Source: Nitrospinales bacterium
GTDB lineage: Bacteria; Nitrospinota; Nitrospinia; Nitrospinales; VA-1
DNA: 64,000 bases
Assembly: GCA_965223345.1 (NCBI GenBank)
Contig: CBDCWG010000012.1
Span: 2,080,001-2,144,000 of the forward strand
Direction: 5' to 3'
The notes beneath the pieces are model-generated. The model saw only the letters and a list, made by a program, of their open reading frames with translations. It did not search any database and was not told the origin of the DNA. Both the position numbers and the translations under genes were made by a program. Positions within the stretch are counted from its first letter, which is position 1; each line of letters begins with the position of its first letter. Of the stretch, positions 1-9,451 are shown piece after piece.

Positions 1-959
1 TGCTGGATGGTCTGCCCATCGAGGTATTCGAGGAGCAAAGAAGCCATCTTGCCGCTTTTGGTCAGGCCGTACACCTTGGGCGGCAGGCCGGGTTTGATGG
101 CCTCCCAGGCCAGGATGCTCTCGCGTTCCTTTTCCAGTTTGTTCGCCCGGCCTTCCTTGAAGACCACGCGCGATTCGGAACCGTTCTGGCTTTTTTCGCG
201 AATGCGGCGGATGCGGCAGCCGGATTTGGTTTCCCAGAAAGACTCGATGGACAGATCGGTGACCGGGCCTTTCATGTTGCGGGTGGCCATGGTGTCTTCC
301 AGTTCCTCGAAATCGTGGATCTTCAGCTTTTCGCCCAGGATCGCAAAGATGATGGCCTCGCCGATGTTGAGGATGGCGTCTCCCAGCCGTTCGAGGTAAT
401 TGATCACGAAGATCATGGTGACAAAATTGCCGGTCTCTTCGCCCTGTTCGAGATCGTGGATGATGCGTCTCAGGTTCTTCTCGAAATGGCTGTCGATGTT
501 GAATTCGGCGCGGCAGATCTTGAGCGCCAGCTCGATGTCCTGCGCGGTCAGGGCCTTGAGGATCAGCCCCAGCGCTTTCAGGGCTTCGTCGAAAAAGCTT
601 TTCAACTTGAACCGCCTGGTGAACCTGGGGTCGTCGAGGTAGCCGATCTGGTTGACGATGGAGACCGCGTAATCGGCGACGCGTTCGAGGTTGGTGCCGA
701 TGACGTTGACGGCGCGGATGAGGTCCAGCGCCTTTTTGTCAACGTTCTGGTTGATCGGGTGGTTGTAGCATTTGTTCTCGATTGCGTTTTTGAGGTTGTC
801 GATGTAATCGTCGCGCGCATCGATTTTGCTCACCATAGCCTCGATGGGGTTTTCGAACACCTTTTGCGTGTCCTCCACCTGCTTGATGACCTCGATGACC
901 ATCAGCTTGAGATTGCGGTCGATCCCTTTGCGGGCCAGGACTTTTTCACTGAACTCCAT
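1..959 (-). CDS. PhoU-domain / phosphotransferase (APH-like kinase) fusion protein, GAK-system type; runs off the left window edge
   Basis: Not in the ORF track. Manual translation from ATG at 959 gives MEFSEKVLARKGIDRNLKLMVIEV... with two PhoU-like repeats (NLERVADYAVSI, YLERLGDAILNIGE), then kinase-like VVFKEG...LLLEYLDG. Confidence 0.75.
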   Translation of the reverse strand, partial: MEFSEKVLARKGIDRNLKLMVIEVIKQVEDTQKVFENPIEAMVSKIDARDDYIDNLKNAIENKCYNHPINQNVDKKALDLIRAVNVIGTNLERVADYAVSIVNQIGYLDDPRFTRRFKLKSFFDEALKALGLILKALTAQDIELALKICRAEFNIDSHFEKNLRRIIHDLEQGEETGNFVTMIFVINYLERLGDAILNIGEAIIFAILGEKLKIHDFEELEDTMATRNMKGPVTDLSIESFWETKSGCRIRRIREKSQNGSESRVVFKEGRANKLEKERESILAWEAIKPGLPPKVYGLTKSGKMASLLLEYLDGQTIQ

Positions 960-1254
960 TGGAATCCGAACCTTTGTGACCCGCCTTGATCTCCAGGACC
1001 TCCTTGCCGGAATCGTCCGTCTCTTTCTGTTGATTCCAGCTGATCTTGATCTCCATTTTGACTTTGCCGAGCTTGCGCTTGGCGCGGACGTCGAGCTTCA
1101 ACAGCCCGTTGGGTTCGAAGATCAGCTTTTTGTTGCGGGTGCCGAAAAGCAGGCGCCCGTTCTTGATGCCTTCGCTGATGGCTTCCATGTATTTGACGAT
1201 GGATTCCGGATCCTGCAGAGACTGGTAACTGAATTCGTCGTTGGATGAGGCCAC
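946..1254 (-). CDS. amphi-Trp domain-containing protein
   Basis: EFSYQSLQDPESIVKYMEAISEG...MEIKISW pattern; overlaps the PhoU fusion start by 14 nt. Confidence 0.8.
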   Translation of the reverse strand: MASSNDEFSYQSLQDPESIVKYMEAISEGIKNGRLLFGTRNKKLIFEPNGLLKLDVRAKRKLGKVKMEIKISWNQQKETDDSGKEVLEIKAGHKGSDSNGVQ

Positions 1255-1267
1255 GGTAGATTATCCC

Positions 1268-2488
1268 TCAGTTTGGGGTGGGGCCGGGTGAACCCAGCCG
1301 CTCCTTGTATTCCTGGATCAGCCGGGAGCGGTTCCAGTTGGCGAGGGAAAGGCTTTTCCGGATCGCCAGGTCGTCCCAGGCTTTTTGATATCCCACCTGA
1401 CGGCGGGCTTTTTCGGTGTTCTGCAGATGCGGCGCCTTGACCTTTTCCGCCATGTGGGTGTCGTCGCCCATGAAAATGAGCAGCGGCCGGTCCTTGTTGC
1501 GGCGGTGCCGGTTGTGGCGGTTGACCACGTTGATGAGAAATTCGGTGTAGTTGCGCGACTGCGGGTTCCACACTTCGTAGCCGTCCACGTCGTACTCCGC
1601 GAGCAGAATGGGCCAGAACTGTTCCGGATGCGGGATGATGATGCCGGCCCCGAGAGCGCGCGCTTCCTCGATGATCTCCTCGGTCTGGTGAAAATACTCG
1701 GGACTGAAATTTCTTTTGACGATCTTTTTCACCTTCTGGATGAACGAGAGGGCCCGGTGGATCAGCCTTTCATCGTAGCGGTCCTGCAGTTTTTCCACGA
1801 AATTGGCCAGCAGCTTGTTTTTGACGTGGTAAACGGGGATCCGGTCCGGGTCCGCGAAAAACAGCTTCTGCACCTTGCGGGCGCAGGACTGAACGAAGTG
1901 GATCAGCTCGTCCTCGGTTCCCAGTTGATCCGCGGCTTCCTGCAGGCGTTCATCGTAGCGGGGCTCGATGATGGAGTCGAGCAGCTCGAACAACTGGCTG
2001 GATCGGTATTTGAGGGTGTGGGTCAGCATCGATTTGAGGGTGTCCGCATGTTCGAGGCGGGAGTTTTCCAGATGCAGCAAAAGCTGCACCTTGCGGTTGA
2101 ATTCCCGCGAGAAGCAATCCACTTCCACACCGGTGTAACAGCCGTCGTAGGACTTCAAAATATTGTGATCGGTGGGGACGATCAGCTCCTTTTTCTTGTT
2201 GGGAAACATGTTTTGCACCCGCTGTTCGATCAGGTCGATGGGCACAAACTCCGGATGCCAGTGCAGGGCGACCACTTCCTCCTGCTGCGGGTACACCTCG
2301 GCCGGCGTGACGATGCTTTCGATCTGCGGTTCGCTGAGATCGACCGAGATCAGTTCGTCGAATGCTTTTTGTTCCCATTCCAGAACCTCCTCGGTGAGGG
2401 GCACCGGGGTGTTGAGCTTGCTGTTTTCGGGCAGGGCCGATTCCAGAGCGCTCGCTCTGGCCGGTTTATGAGAACTTACGTAGGGCAT
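1268..2488 (-). CDS. conserved hypothetical, PHP-like putative metal-dependent phosphoesterase
   Basis: 406 aa; candidate metal-ligand motifs HWHPE, TDHN, HPEQFW, DGYEVWN, GDDTH; first gene of the amphi-Trp operon. Confidence 0.6.
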   Translation of the reverse strand: MPYVSSHKPARASALESALPENSKLNTPVPLTEEVLEWEQKAFDELISVDLSEPQIESIVTPAEVYPQQEEVVALHWHPEFVPIDLIEQRVQNMFPNKKKELIVPTDHNILKSYDGCYTGVEVDCFSREFNRKVQLLLHLENSRLEHADTLKSMLTHTLKYRSSQLFELLDSIIEPRYDERLQEAADQLGTEDELIHFVQSCARKVQKLFFADPDRIPVYHVKNKLLANFVEKLQDRYDERLIHRALSFIQKVKKIVKRNFSPEYFHQTEEIIEEARALGAGIIIPHPEQFWPILLAEYDVDGYEVWNPQSRNYTEFLINVVNRHNRHRRNKDRPLLIFMGDDTHMAEKVKAPHLQNTEKARRQVGYQKAWDDLAIRKSLSLANWNRSRLIQEYKERLGSPGPTPN

Positions 2489-2612
2489 GGGGTCTCCTTA
2501 ATGGTGCGGTGGTGATGGATGGCGAACCGCTCCGCTTTGCCAGAATCCGTCGTGTTTGACGGGGAAGGCAGCCTGCGCAAAACGCGTTCGATCAATCATA
2601 TCTCATCAATTG

Positions 2613-2640
2613 TTAGATGAGGATTAGGATCGAATTAGAT
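2613..2640. promoter_or_regulatory. three direct repeats (TTAGAT/TTAGGA/TTAGAT) at 11-bp period; candidate PhoB/OmpR-family box
   Basis: Repeats start at 2613, 2624 and 2635, upstream of the PhoU-containing operon. Confidence 0.4.
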
Positions 2641-3067
2641 TTGGCGGTCGCGATCGCGTCGGGTCACTTCCAATTTACGCTTTCGGTCGTGAAATGTTGG
2701 GAAAAAGTTTCAATACAAATCCGGGGAATTCGCGCTGCTCGGTCTGGTGCTGAGCCGGGCTCTGGGAGAAACGAGCATCACGGCTTATCTGCAGGAAAAA
2801 CTCCGGGGTCTCATGAGCCGCGAGCAATGGATCGAGGTGTTCACCGCCGTTTCAGAAAAATTCTGATCTTCGCATCGCAGGACCCCGCCTCAAACAATCG
2901 TTCCTGTCCTGCTCTTCATGCCTGAAAGCGCCCCGGTCAATCCGGGGCATTCGGCTCGAAGGAGCTCCGGATTGTCGTCCGTTACGTGGAAAAGAATCCT
3001 CAAGCGAAAAAGGGTCATCTAAATAAAATCGAATGATCGGGGGGGGATTCAACTCAGAATACGTGCT

Positions 3068-4126
3068 ATGAAATCAGTCCATTGCGTTATTTCAGACCGG
3101 AATGATTCCCATTCCGGCAAAGAAACCGATGAAAATGGAAAACCGGATCCTTCCAGGTATCCTGAAGTTTCGGATACCGGGATTCTGGATGCCTTCTCCA
3201 ATGCCGTCACCCGCGTTGTCGATCGCGTGTCCCCCTCGGTTGCGAGCATCGCAACCGTCGGAAAAAACAGGCCGGAGCGTGGCAATCCCGCGGCCGGCGG
3301 TTCGGGTTCCGGTGTGGTGATCGCTCCGGACGGTTATATTCTGACCAACAGCCATGTGGTCGAAGGCGCTGCAGAATTGAATGTGCAGTTCATCGACGGC
3401 ACCCGTCATTCCGCAACTCTGGTGGGGCAGGATGCCTCGACGGATCTTGCCGTCATCCGTGCGAACGCCAAGGGGTTGCCCTTCTCCGCTTTGGGAGAAT
3501 CCGGGCAATTGAAAGTGGGGCAATTCATCCTCGCCATCGGCAATCCCTTCGGTTATCAGGCCACCGTTTCCACAGGCGTCGTCAGCTCTCTCGGCAGGGC
3601 TCTGCGCAGTCAGGACGGACGGTTGATCGAAAATGTGGTTCAACACACCGCGCCTTTGAATCCCGGCAATTCAGGCGGTCCGCTGGTCAATTCCCGGGGG
3701 CAGGTGGTGGGCATCAACACCGCCATCATAGCCATAGCCCAGGGAATTGGATTTGCCGTCCCCGCTTCCACCGTGCAGTGGGTCGTGCCGCAACTGATGT
3801 CGCAGGGTAAGGTCAAGCGGGGTTACCTGGGAATCGCCGGCACCACACGGCCCATCTCCCGGCGCATGGCGCGGATCATTGATCACGCCAAAGAGCGTGT
3901 TGTGGAAGTGATGTCGGTGGATAAAGACGGTCCGGCCAGCCGCGCCGGGGTCCTGACAGGCGATTTTATCTTCGCCATCGGCGACCACCCCGTTCACAGC
4001 ATGGACGATTTGCATCGGTTCCTCACGGAAAATTCCGCGGCAAAACCGTTTCCCTTGACTCTGCTGAGGCGAACGAAAAAGCGGATTGTGCAAGTGGTCC
4101 CTGAAGAATTCCGTTCATCGCGCTGA
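3068..4126 (+). CDS. HtrA/DegP-family trypsin-like serine protease with PDZ domain
   Basis: ILTNSHVV, DLAV and GNSGGP catalytic triad motifs; C-terminal PDZ (RGYLGI). Confidence 0.93.
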   Translation: MKSVHCVISDRNDSHSGKETDENGKPDPSRYPEVSDTGILDAFSNAVTRVVDRVSPSVASIATVGKNRPERGNPAAGGSGSGVVIAPDGYILTNSHVVEGAAELNVQFIDGTRHSATLVGQDASTDLAVIRANAKGLPFSALGESGQLKVGQFILAIGNPFGYQATVSTGVVSSLGRALRSQDGRLIENVVQHTAPLNPGNSGGPLVNSRGQVVGINTAIIAIAQGIGFAVPASTVQWVVPQLMSQGKVKRGYLGIAGTTRPISRRMARIIDHAKERVVEVMSVDKDGPASRAGVLTGDFIFAIGDHPVHSMDDLHRFLTENSAAKPFPLTLLRRTKKRIVQVVPEEFRSSR

Positions 4127-4415
4127 AAGCGATCTGTTTTTGCATGGGGCAGGTGTCGGACACCTCACCGGATTCGGTCTCTTTTTCAGGAAGTTTTATG
4201 GAACCGGGATGCATTCTATCTGCATCCATCGGATGCGACATATACTGGTGTGGGTCTTTCATGAACTTTTCTTTACAACCTGCACTGCAGAAATAAAAAG
4301 TCTCTCCGTGATGCTCGTGGGAAAAATCGGTGGCATGCGAATCGACCTCCATGCCGCATACCGGGTCGGTTGTTTGGGGGGACCCGTCAGGGACTTGCTT
4401 TTTCGGTTTGGGCAT
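4023..4415 (-). CDS. YHS-domain protein, probably a truncated N-terminus of a Cu-type P-ATPase
   Basis: DPVCGM...FYFCSAGCKEKF YHS motif, then degenerate TCPM(Q)xQI; the tail overlaps htrA on the opposite strand. Confidence 0.65.
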   Translation of the reverse strand: MPKPKKQVPDGSPQTTDPVCGMEVDSHATDFSHEHHGETFYFCSAGCKEKFMKDPHQYMSHPMDADRMHPGSIKLPEKETESGEVSDTCPMQKQIAFSAMNGILQGPLAQSAFSFASAESRETVLPRNFP

Positions 4416-7400
4416 AGGAAATCTCCTTATCCGGGGCGGCCTCTGGCATTTCGTTTTGCTTCAACCGGTGCTCGAGAACGAACGCGTATATCGCAGGAAT
4501 GACGATCAGGCTCAGTAGCGTCGCGGAAACCATGCCTCCCACCATGGGCGCGGCGATGCGTTTCATGACTTCCGAACCGGTTCCGCTCCCCCACATGATG
4601 GGCAACAGACCCGCAAAAGTAGCCGAAACCGCCATGAGAATGGGACGGATGCGTTCCGAGGTGGCCTTGAATACGACTTCCCTCAAATCGTGGAGATCGC
4701 GGATGCCGCCGTTTTTCATTTTCCTTTTGAATTCATGATCGATGTAGGTCAGAACCAGAACACCGATTTCGGCCGCGAGCCCCGCCAGGGCGATGAAACC
4801 CACGACCACGGCCACGCTCAACTCGTATTGAAGGGAGTAGATGTACCAGATCCCTCCCACCAGAGCGAAGGGCAGGGAGAGCATGACGATCAGGGATTCG
4901 GTGATGTTTTTAAAATTAAAATACAAAAGCAGGAAAATGATCAGCAGGGTGAAGGGCACCACGATTTTCAACCGTGCCTGGGCGCGTTCCATGTATTCGT
5001 ATTGACCGCTCCAGATCAGACTGTAGCCGGGAGGCAATGCAATTTCTTTGGCGATGATTTCCCGGGCGTTTTCTACGTAGGTTCCCACGTCGATGTCTTT
5101 CAGATCGATGTAGATCCAGGCGTTCAGACGCGCGTTTTCGCTCTTGATGGCGGGCGGCCCTTTTTTGATGTCGATCTTGGCCACCTGGGCCATGGGGATG
5201 TGCTCGCCGCGCGGGGTGGGAATCAGCACCCGTTGCAGCTTGTTGATGTCGTCCCGCAGGCCGCGGCTGTAGCGCAGGTTGACCGGATAGCGCTCCAGGC
5301 CTTCGATCGTTGTGGTGATGTTCATGCCGCCGATGGCGGTCTGGATGATGTCCTGAACGTCGCCGATGGTCAGACCGTAGCGGGCGGCTTCTTCCCGGTC
5401 GATGGTGAAATCAAAATAATTTCCTCCCACAACCCGCTCTGAGAACACGCTGAGGGTTCCGGGAATGGTGTTCACGACGGATTCGATCCGCTCTCCTAAA
5501 GCCTGGAGGGTGTTCAGGTCGTCACCGGCGATCTTGATTCCCACTGGCGTCTTGATTCCGGTGGACAGCATGTCGATCCGGGTTTTGATCGGCATGGTCC
5601 AGGCGTTGGTCAGTCCGGGAAACTGGATAGCCGCATTCATCTCATCGACGAGTTTTTTAACAGTCATACCCGGCCTCCATTGCTCTTCCGGTTTGAGCAT
5701 GATGGTGGTTTCGATCATGCTCAGCGGCGCCGGATCGGTAGCGGTTTCGGCGCGGCCGATTTTTCCGAAGACGTGGTGGACTTCCGGAAACTGCCGGATG
5801 ATCTTGTCGGTCTGCTGCAAAAGCTCTTTGGCTTTGGTGATGGATATTCCCGGAAGCGTGGTGGGCATGTACAACAGGTCCCCTTCATTCAAGGGAGGCA
5901 TGAATTCGGTTCCCAGTTTCTTCAGCGGAATCAGGGTCACCAGCACCACCAGGACGGCGATTAAAATGACCCCCGCTTTGATCCTTAACACAAGCCAGAT
6001 GACGGGTTTGTAAAGAGCGGTCAAAATCCAGTTGATGGGGTTTTTTCTCTGGGGCAATATCCGGCCGCGTACGAAGTAACCCATCAACACCGGGATGAGG
6101 GTGATGGAAAGCAAAGCGCCCGCCGCCATCGCGTAGGTTTTGGTGAAGGCGAGAGGAGAAAACAGCCGGCCTTCCTGGGCCTGCAGGGTGAACACGGGAA
6201 GGAATGAAACCGTGATGATCAACAGGCTGAAGAAAATCGGCGGCCCCACTTCGGCGGCGGCTTCATAGATAATCTGCCAGTGATTTTTTGTGCCGCGATG
6301 GTGCTCCAGATGCTTGTGGGCGTTTTCCACCATCACGAGGGCGCCGTCGATCATGGCGCCGATGGCGATGGCGATCCCGCCCAGGGACATGATGTTGGAA
6401 TTCAGACCCTGCTGGTTCATGATGATGAAGGCCATCAATACGCCGATGGGCAGCGTGACGATGGCGGCCAGGCAGGACCGCAGATGCAGCAGGAATACAA
6501 GACAGATGAGGGCGACGATCAGGCATTCCTCGATCAGGGTTTCCTTCAGGGTTTCGATGGCCCGGTGGATGAGGGCCGAGCGGTCGTAAACGGTGCGGAT
6601 CTCCACACCTTCGGGAAGGCCTGCTTTCAAGACTTCCAGCTTGCGTTTGACTCCGTTGATGACTTCAAGAGCGTTTTCGCCGTAACGCATGATGACGATG
6701 CCCGCCGCCACCTCGCCCTCGCCATTGAGTTCCACCAGTCCGCGCCGCAACTCGGGTCCGAGTTTCACATGCGCGACGTCGCGGACACGGATCGGCGTCC
6801 CCTTGCTGTCCACGCCCAAAGGAATTTTTTCAAGGTCCTCGCGGCTCTGGATGTAGCCCAGGCCCCGCACCATGAATTCGGTTTCCGACATCTCCAAAAG
6901 TCTTCCGCCCACATCGTTGTTGCTGCGCTTGATGGCCATGGAAACCCGGTGCAGGGGGATGTCGTAAGCGATGAGCTTGTTGGGGTCGATTTCCACCTGG
7001 TACTGCTTGACATAGCCTCCGATGCTCGCGATTTCCGAAACTCCGGGCACGGTCTGCAACTCGTAGCGCAGATACCAGTCCTGTATGGACCGCAGCTCGG
7101 CGAGGTCGTGCTGTCCGGTGGTGTCCACCAGTGCGTACTCGAACACCCACCCGACGCCGGTGGCGTCCGGGCCCAGCGCGGGGTTGACTCCCCGGGGCAG
7201 CCGGCCGGCGACGAAATTCAACTGTTCGAGGACCCGGCTGCGGGCCCAGTACATGTCGGTTTTGTCCTCGAAGATGATGTAGACAAAGGAAAGTCCGAAA
7301 AAGGAATAGCCCCGCACGACTTTGGCGAAGGGAACCGAAAGCATGGCCGTGGTCAAAGGATAGGTGATCTGGTCCTCGACGATCTGCGGGGCCTGGCCGG

Positions 7401-7560
7401 GATATTCCGTCAAGATGATCACCTGAACGTCGCTCAAATCGGGGATCGCATCCAGAGGCGTGTTGAGCATGGAATACACGCCCCAGGCAATGAGAAACAG
7501 GGTGCCGAGCAGAACCAGAAACCTGTTTTTGAGCGATTGCGCGATGATTTTTTTCAACAT
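4387..7560 (-). CDS. cusA: CusA/SilA-type heavy-metal efflux RND permease
   Basis: DAIPDLSDVQVI, LGPDATGVGW, EFMPPLNEG and AETATDPAPLSM motifs; start placed at MLKKII. Confidence 0.95.
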   Translation of the reverse strand: MLKKIIAQSLKNRFLVLLGTLFLIAWGVYSMLNTPLDAIPDLSDVQVIILTEYPGQAPQIVEDQITYPLTTAMLSVPFAKVVRGYSFFGLSFVYIIFEDKTDMYWARSRVLEQLNFVAGRLPRGVNPALGPDATGVGWVFEYALVDTTGQHDLAELRSIQDWYLRYELQTVPGVSEIASIGGYVKQYQVEIDPNKLIAYDIPLHRVSMAIKRSNNDVGGRLLEMSETEFMVRGLGYIQSREDLEKIPLGVDSKGTPIRVRDVAHVKLGPELRRGLVELNGEGEVAAGIVIMRYGENALEVINGVKRKLEVLKAGLPEGVEIRTVYDRSALIHRAIETLKETLIEECLIVALICLVFLLHLRSCLAAIVTLPIGVLMAFIIMNQQGLNSNIMSLGGIAIAIGAMIDGALVMVENAHKHLEHHRGTKNHWQIIYEAAAEVGPPIFFSLLIITVSFLPVFTLQAQEGRLFSPLAFTKTYAMAAGALLSITLIPVLMGYFVRGRILPQRKNPINWILTALYKPVIWLVLRIKAGVILIAVLVVLVTLIPLKKLGTEFMPPLNEGDLLYMPTTLPGISITKAKELLQQTDKIIRQFPEVHHVFGKIGRAETATDPAPLSMIETTIMLKPEEQWRPGMTVKKLVDEMNAAIQFPGLTNAWTMPIKTRIDMLSTGIKTPVGIKIAGDDLNTLQALGERIESVVNTIPGTLSVFSERVVGGNYFDFTIDREEAARYGLTIGDVQDIIQTAIGGMNITTTIEGLERYPVNLRYSRGLRDDINKLQRVLIPTPRGEHIPMAQVAKIDIKKGPPAIKSENARLNAWIYIDLKDIDVGTYVENAREIIAKEIALPPGYSLIWSGQYEYMERAQARLKIVVPFTLLIIFLLLYFNFKNITESLIVMLSLPFALVGGIWYIYSLQYELSVAVVVGFIALAGLAAEIGVLVLTYIDHEFKRKMKNGGIRDLHDLREVVFKATSERIRPILMAVSATFAGLLPIMWGSGTGSEVMKRIAAPMVGGMVSATLLSLIVIPAIYAFVLEHRLKQNEMPEAAPDKEISYAQTEKASP

Positions 7561-7585
7561 GGGAATATCCCTTTCATTCCCGGTT

Positions 7586-9430
7586 TCATGGTTGTGGATG
7601 GATGTGAACTGCACCTGGAGGATGTGGCCCGGAATGTTTCATTTCCTTCGACTGCGTCTTGGGATTTTTGCCGTCCATGGTTTTCTTCATCCAGGGATCT
7701 TCCACCGTCATTTTCTGTTTTGGCTGGACGGGAGGCGGCGCCTGCAATTTGCTCAGAGCTTCCTGAAGACGGCTTTCCGAATCCAATAGAAAGCTGGAAG
7801 AGATCACCACCCGCTCTCCGGCCTCAAGCCCCTTGAGCACCTGGTAATATCCATTTGCCTGTGGCCCCAGAGTGAGCTTGCGGGACTCGAACCCGCCGGA
7901 TGCGGTCTGGACGATCGCAATCTCTTTCTCTCCGGAATGAATGACCGCCTGTTCCGGCACCGCCACGGCTCTTTTGGCGATGATGGATTTCAGGATGACG
8001 TTGGCGTACATGTCCGGTTTCAATTCCCATTTGGGATTTTCAAATTCCATGCGCACTTTCAGCGTCCGCGACTTGGGGTCCATGAACGGATCGATGTAGG
8101 TGACTTTTCCCCTGAATTTCCTGCCCGGATAGTAAGACAGGCTCATCTCGGCCTTTTGCCCTACCTTGATCCAGGGCAGCTCGTACTCGTACACATCCGC
8201 CATGACCCAGATGTTGGAAAGGTCGGCGATGGTGTACAGGCTCATGCCGGGTTGCACATAGGTGCCTTGCGATGCATTTTTTTTGACCACGAAACCGCGG
8301 AACGGGGAATGTATGTGCAGGGTCTTGGTGATCTTTTTATTGCGGATCAAATCCTCGATCTGGTGCTCGGGCACGTCGAACAGTTCCAGCCTGCGGCGCG
8401 TGGATTCCCAGAGCCGTTCGGCCCCTTTGCCGATTTCGGTGAACGGGCTGTCCTTCAGGGACTCCTTGTATTTCATGGCCAGAAGCAGCTCCTCCTGGGT
8501 GGACACCAGATCCGGGCTGTAAATCTCCACCAGGAGGTCGTCCTGGTTCACTTCCTGTCCTGTGAAATCCACATAGAGCTTTTCGATCCAGCCTTTGTAT
8601 TTGGTGTGGATGTGGGTCACCTTCCTCTCATCGTAAGCGAGGATGCCGACGGTCCGGATTTCACGGCTGAGCTTCCTTTTTTTCACGATTTCGGTTTTGA
8701 CGCCTATGTTTTGAGTGACAGCCGGCTGAATGCGAATGCCGTCTTCCGGTTTCCCTTCCTCTTCATAGACAGGGACGAGATCCATCCCCATGGGCGATTT
8801 GCCGGGCTTGTCGGAGGTGTAGCCTGGATTCATCGGTGCTTGCCAGTACTTGATCTTTCGCTGCGGAACCGCTTGAGGAGAAGGAACCTGGACCGGTTTT
8901 TTTTCGATCGCTTTCGTGACCGTTTCTTCCACCTTCTCTTTTACCGGCGCCATCTTCTCGAAGATCGAATTTTTCCATTCTTTCAGCGTATGGCGGGTGG
9001 TTTCGATCGTTTGCGGCTGGGTGAAATGTCCCAGGAAAAAAAACAGAACCAGCAGCGCACCCCAAGCCAGGCCGCGGAGCCAGAATGTTTTCTTTTTGCG
9101 TCGCACTCCGGTTCTTTCTTTTTCCACGGGAAAGATGATCTCCTCGTCTCCCGGCCCCGAATCGATCTCTTCCACCTCGTCGCGCACGCTGAGAAAACGA
9201 ATCGATCGCAGGAAGAACCTTTTCATTCGCGAGAAAAACCAGAGAACCCCCTCTGAAAAACCCGAAATCACCTTTTCCTTGAGAGTCGGCGGTGCTTCGC
9301 GTTCCAGGTAATCCCGGAAAAAGTCTTCCTCTTCCCCAGGCGGGGTCTTGTGGATGTCGTCATCGTTTTTCATGTCGTTTCCGTCGTTCATGGTCCCGCT
9401 CTTTTTAAGGCGGGGATTCGCTCCCGCCAC
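7586..9430 (-). CDS. cusB: CusB-type RND periplasmic adaptor with long N-terminal extension
   Basis: YWQAPMNPGYTSDKPGKSPMGMDLVP metal-binding motif, LKPDMYANV, FLLDSES; start uncertain. Confidence 0.9.
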   Translation of the reverse strand: MAGANPRLKKSGTMNDGNDMKNDDDIHKTPPGEEEDFFRDYLEREAPPTLKEKVISGFSEGVLWFFSRMKRFFLRSIRFLSVRDEVEEIDSGPGDEEIIFPVEKERTGVRRKKKTFWLRGLAWGALLVLFFFLGHFTQPQTIETTRHTLKEWKNSIFEKMAPVKEKVEETVTKAIEKKPVQVPSPQAVPQRKIKYWQAPMNPGYTSDKPGKSPMGMDLVPVYEEEGKPEDGIRIQPAVTQNIGVKTEIVKKRKLSREIRTVGILAYDERKVTHIHTKYKGWIEKLYVDFTGQEVNQDDLLVEIYSPDLVSTQEELLLAMKYKESLKDSPFTEIGKGAERLWESTRRRLELFDVPEHQIEDLIRNKKITKTLHIHSPFRGFVVKKNASQGTYVQPGMSLYTIADLSNIWVMADVYEYELPWIKVGQKAEMSLSYYPGRKFRGKVTYIDPFMDPKSRTLKVRMEFENPKWELKPDMYANVILKSIIAKRAVAVPEQAVIHSGEKEIAIVQTASGGFESRKLTLGPQANGYYQVLKGLEAGERVVISSSFLLDSESRLQEALSKLQAPPPVQPKQKMTVEDPWMKKTMDGKNPKTQSKEMKHSGPHPPGAVHIHPQP

Positions 9431-9451
9431 AAGTTGGTTACCATTCCGGAA

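Noticed and set aside
3038..3056. GGGGGGATTCAACTC as a possible att duplicate of the tRNA-Glu 3' end
   Set aside because: Too short and mismatched against AGGGGAATCGAACCC; the island's other boundary was not located.
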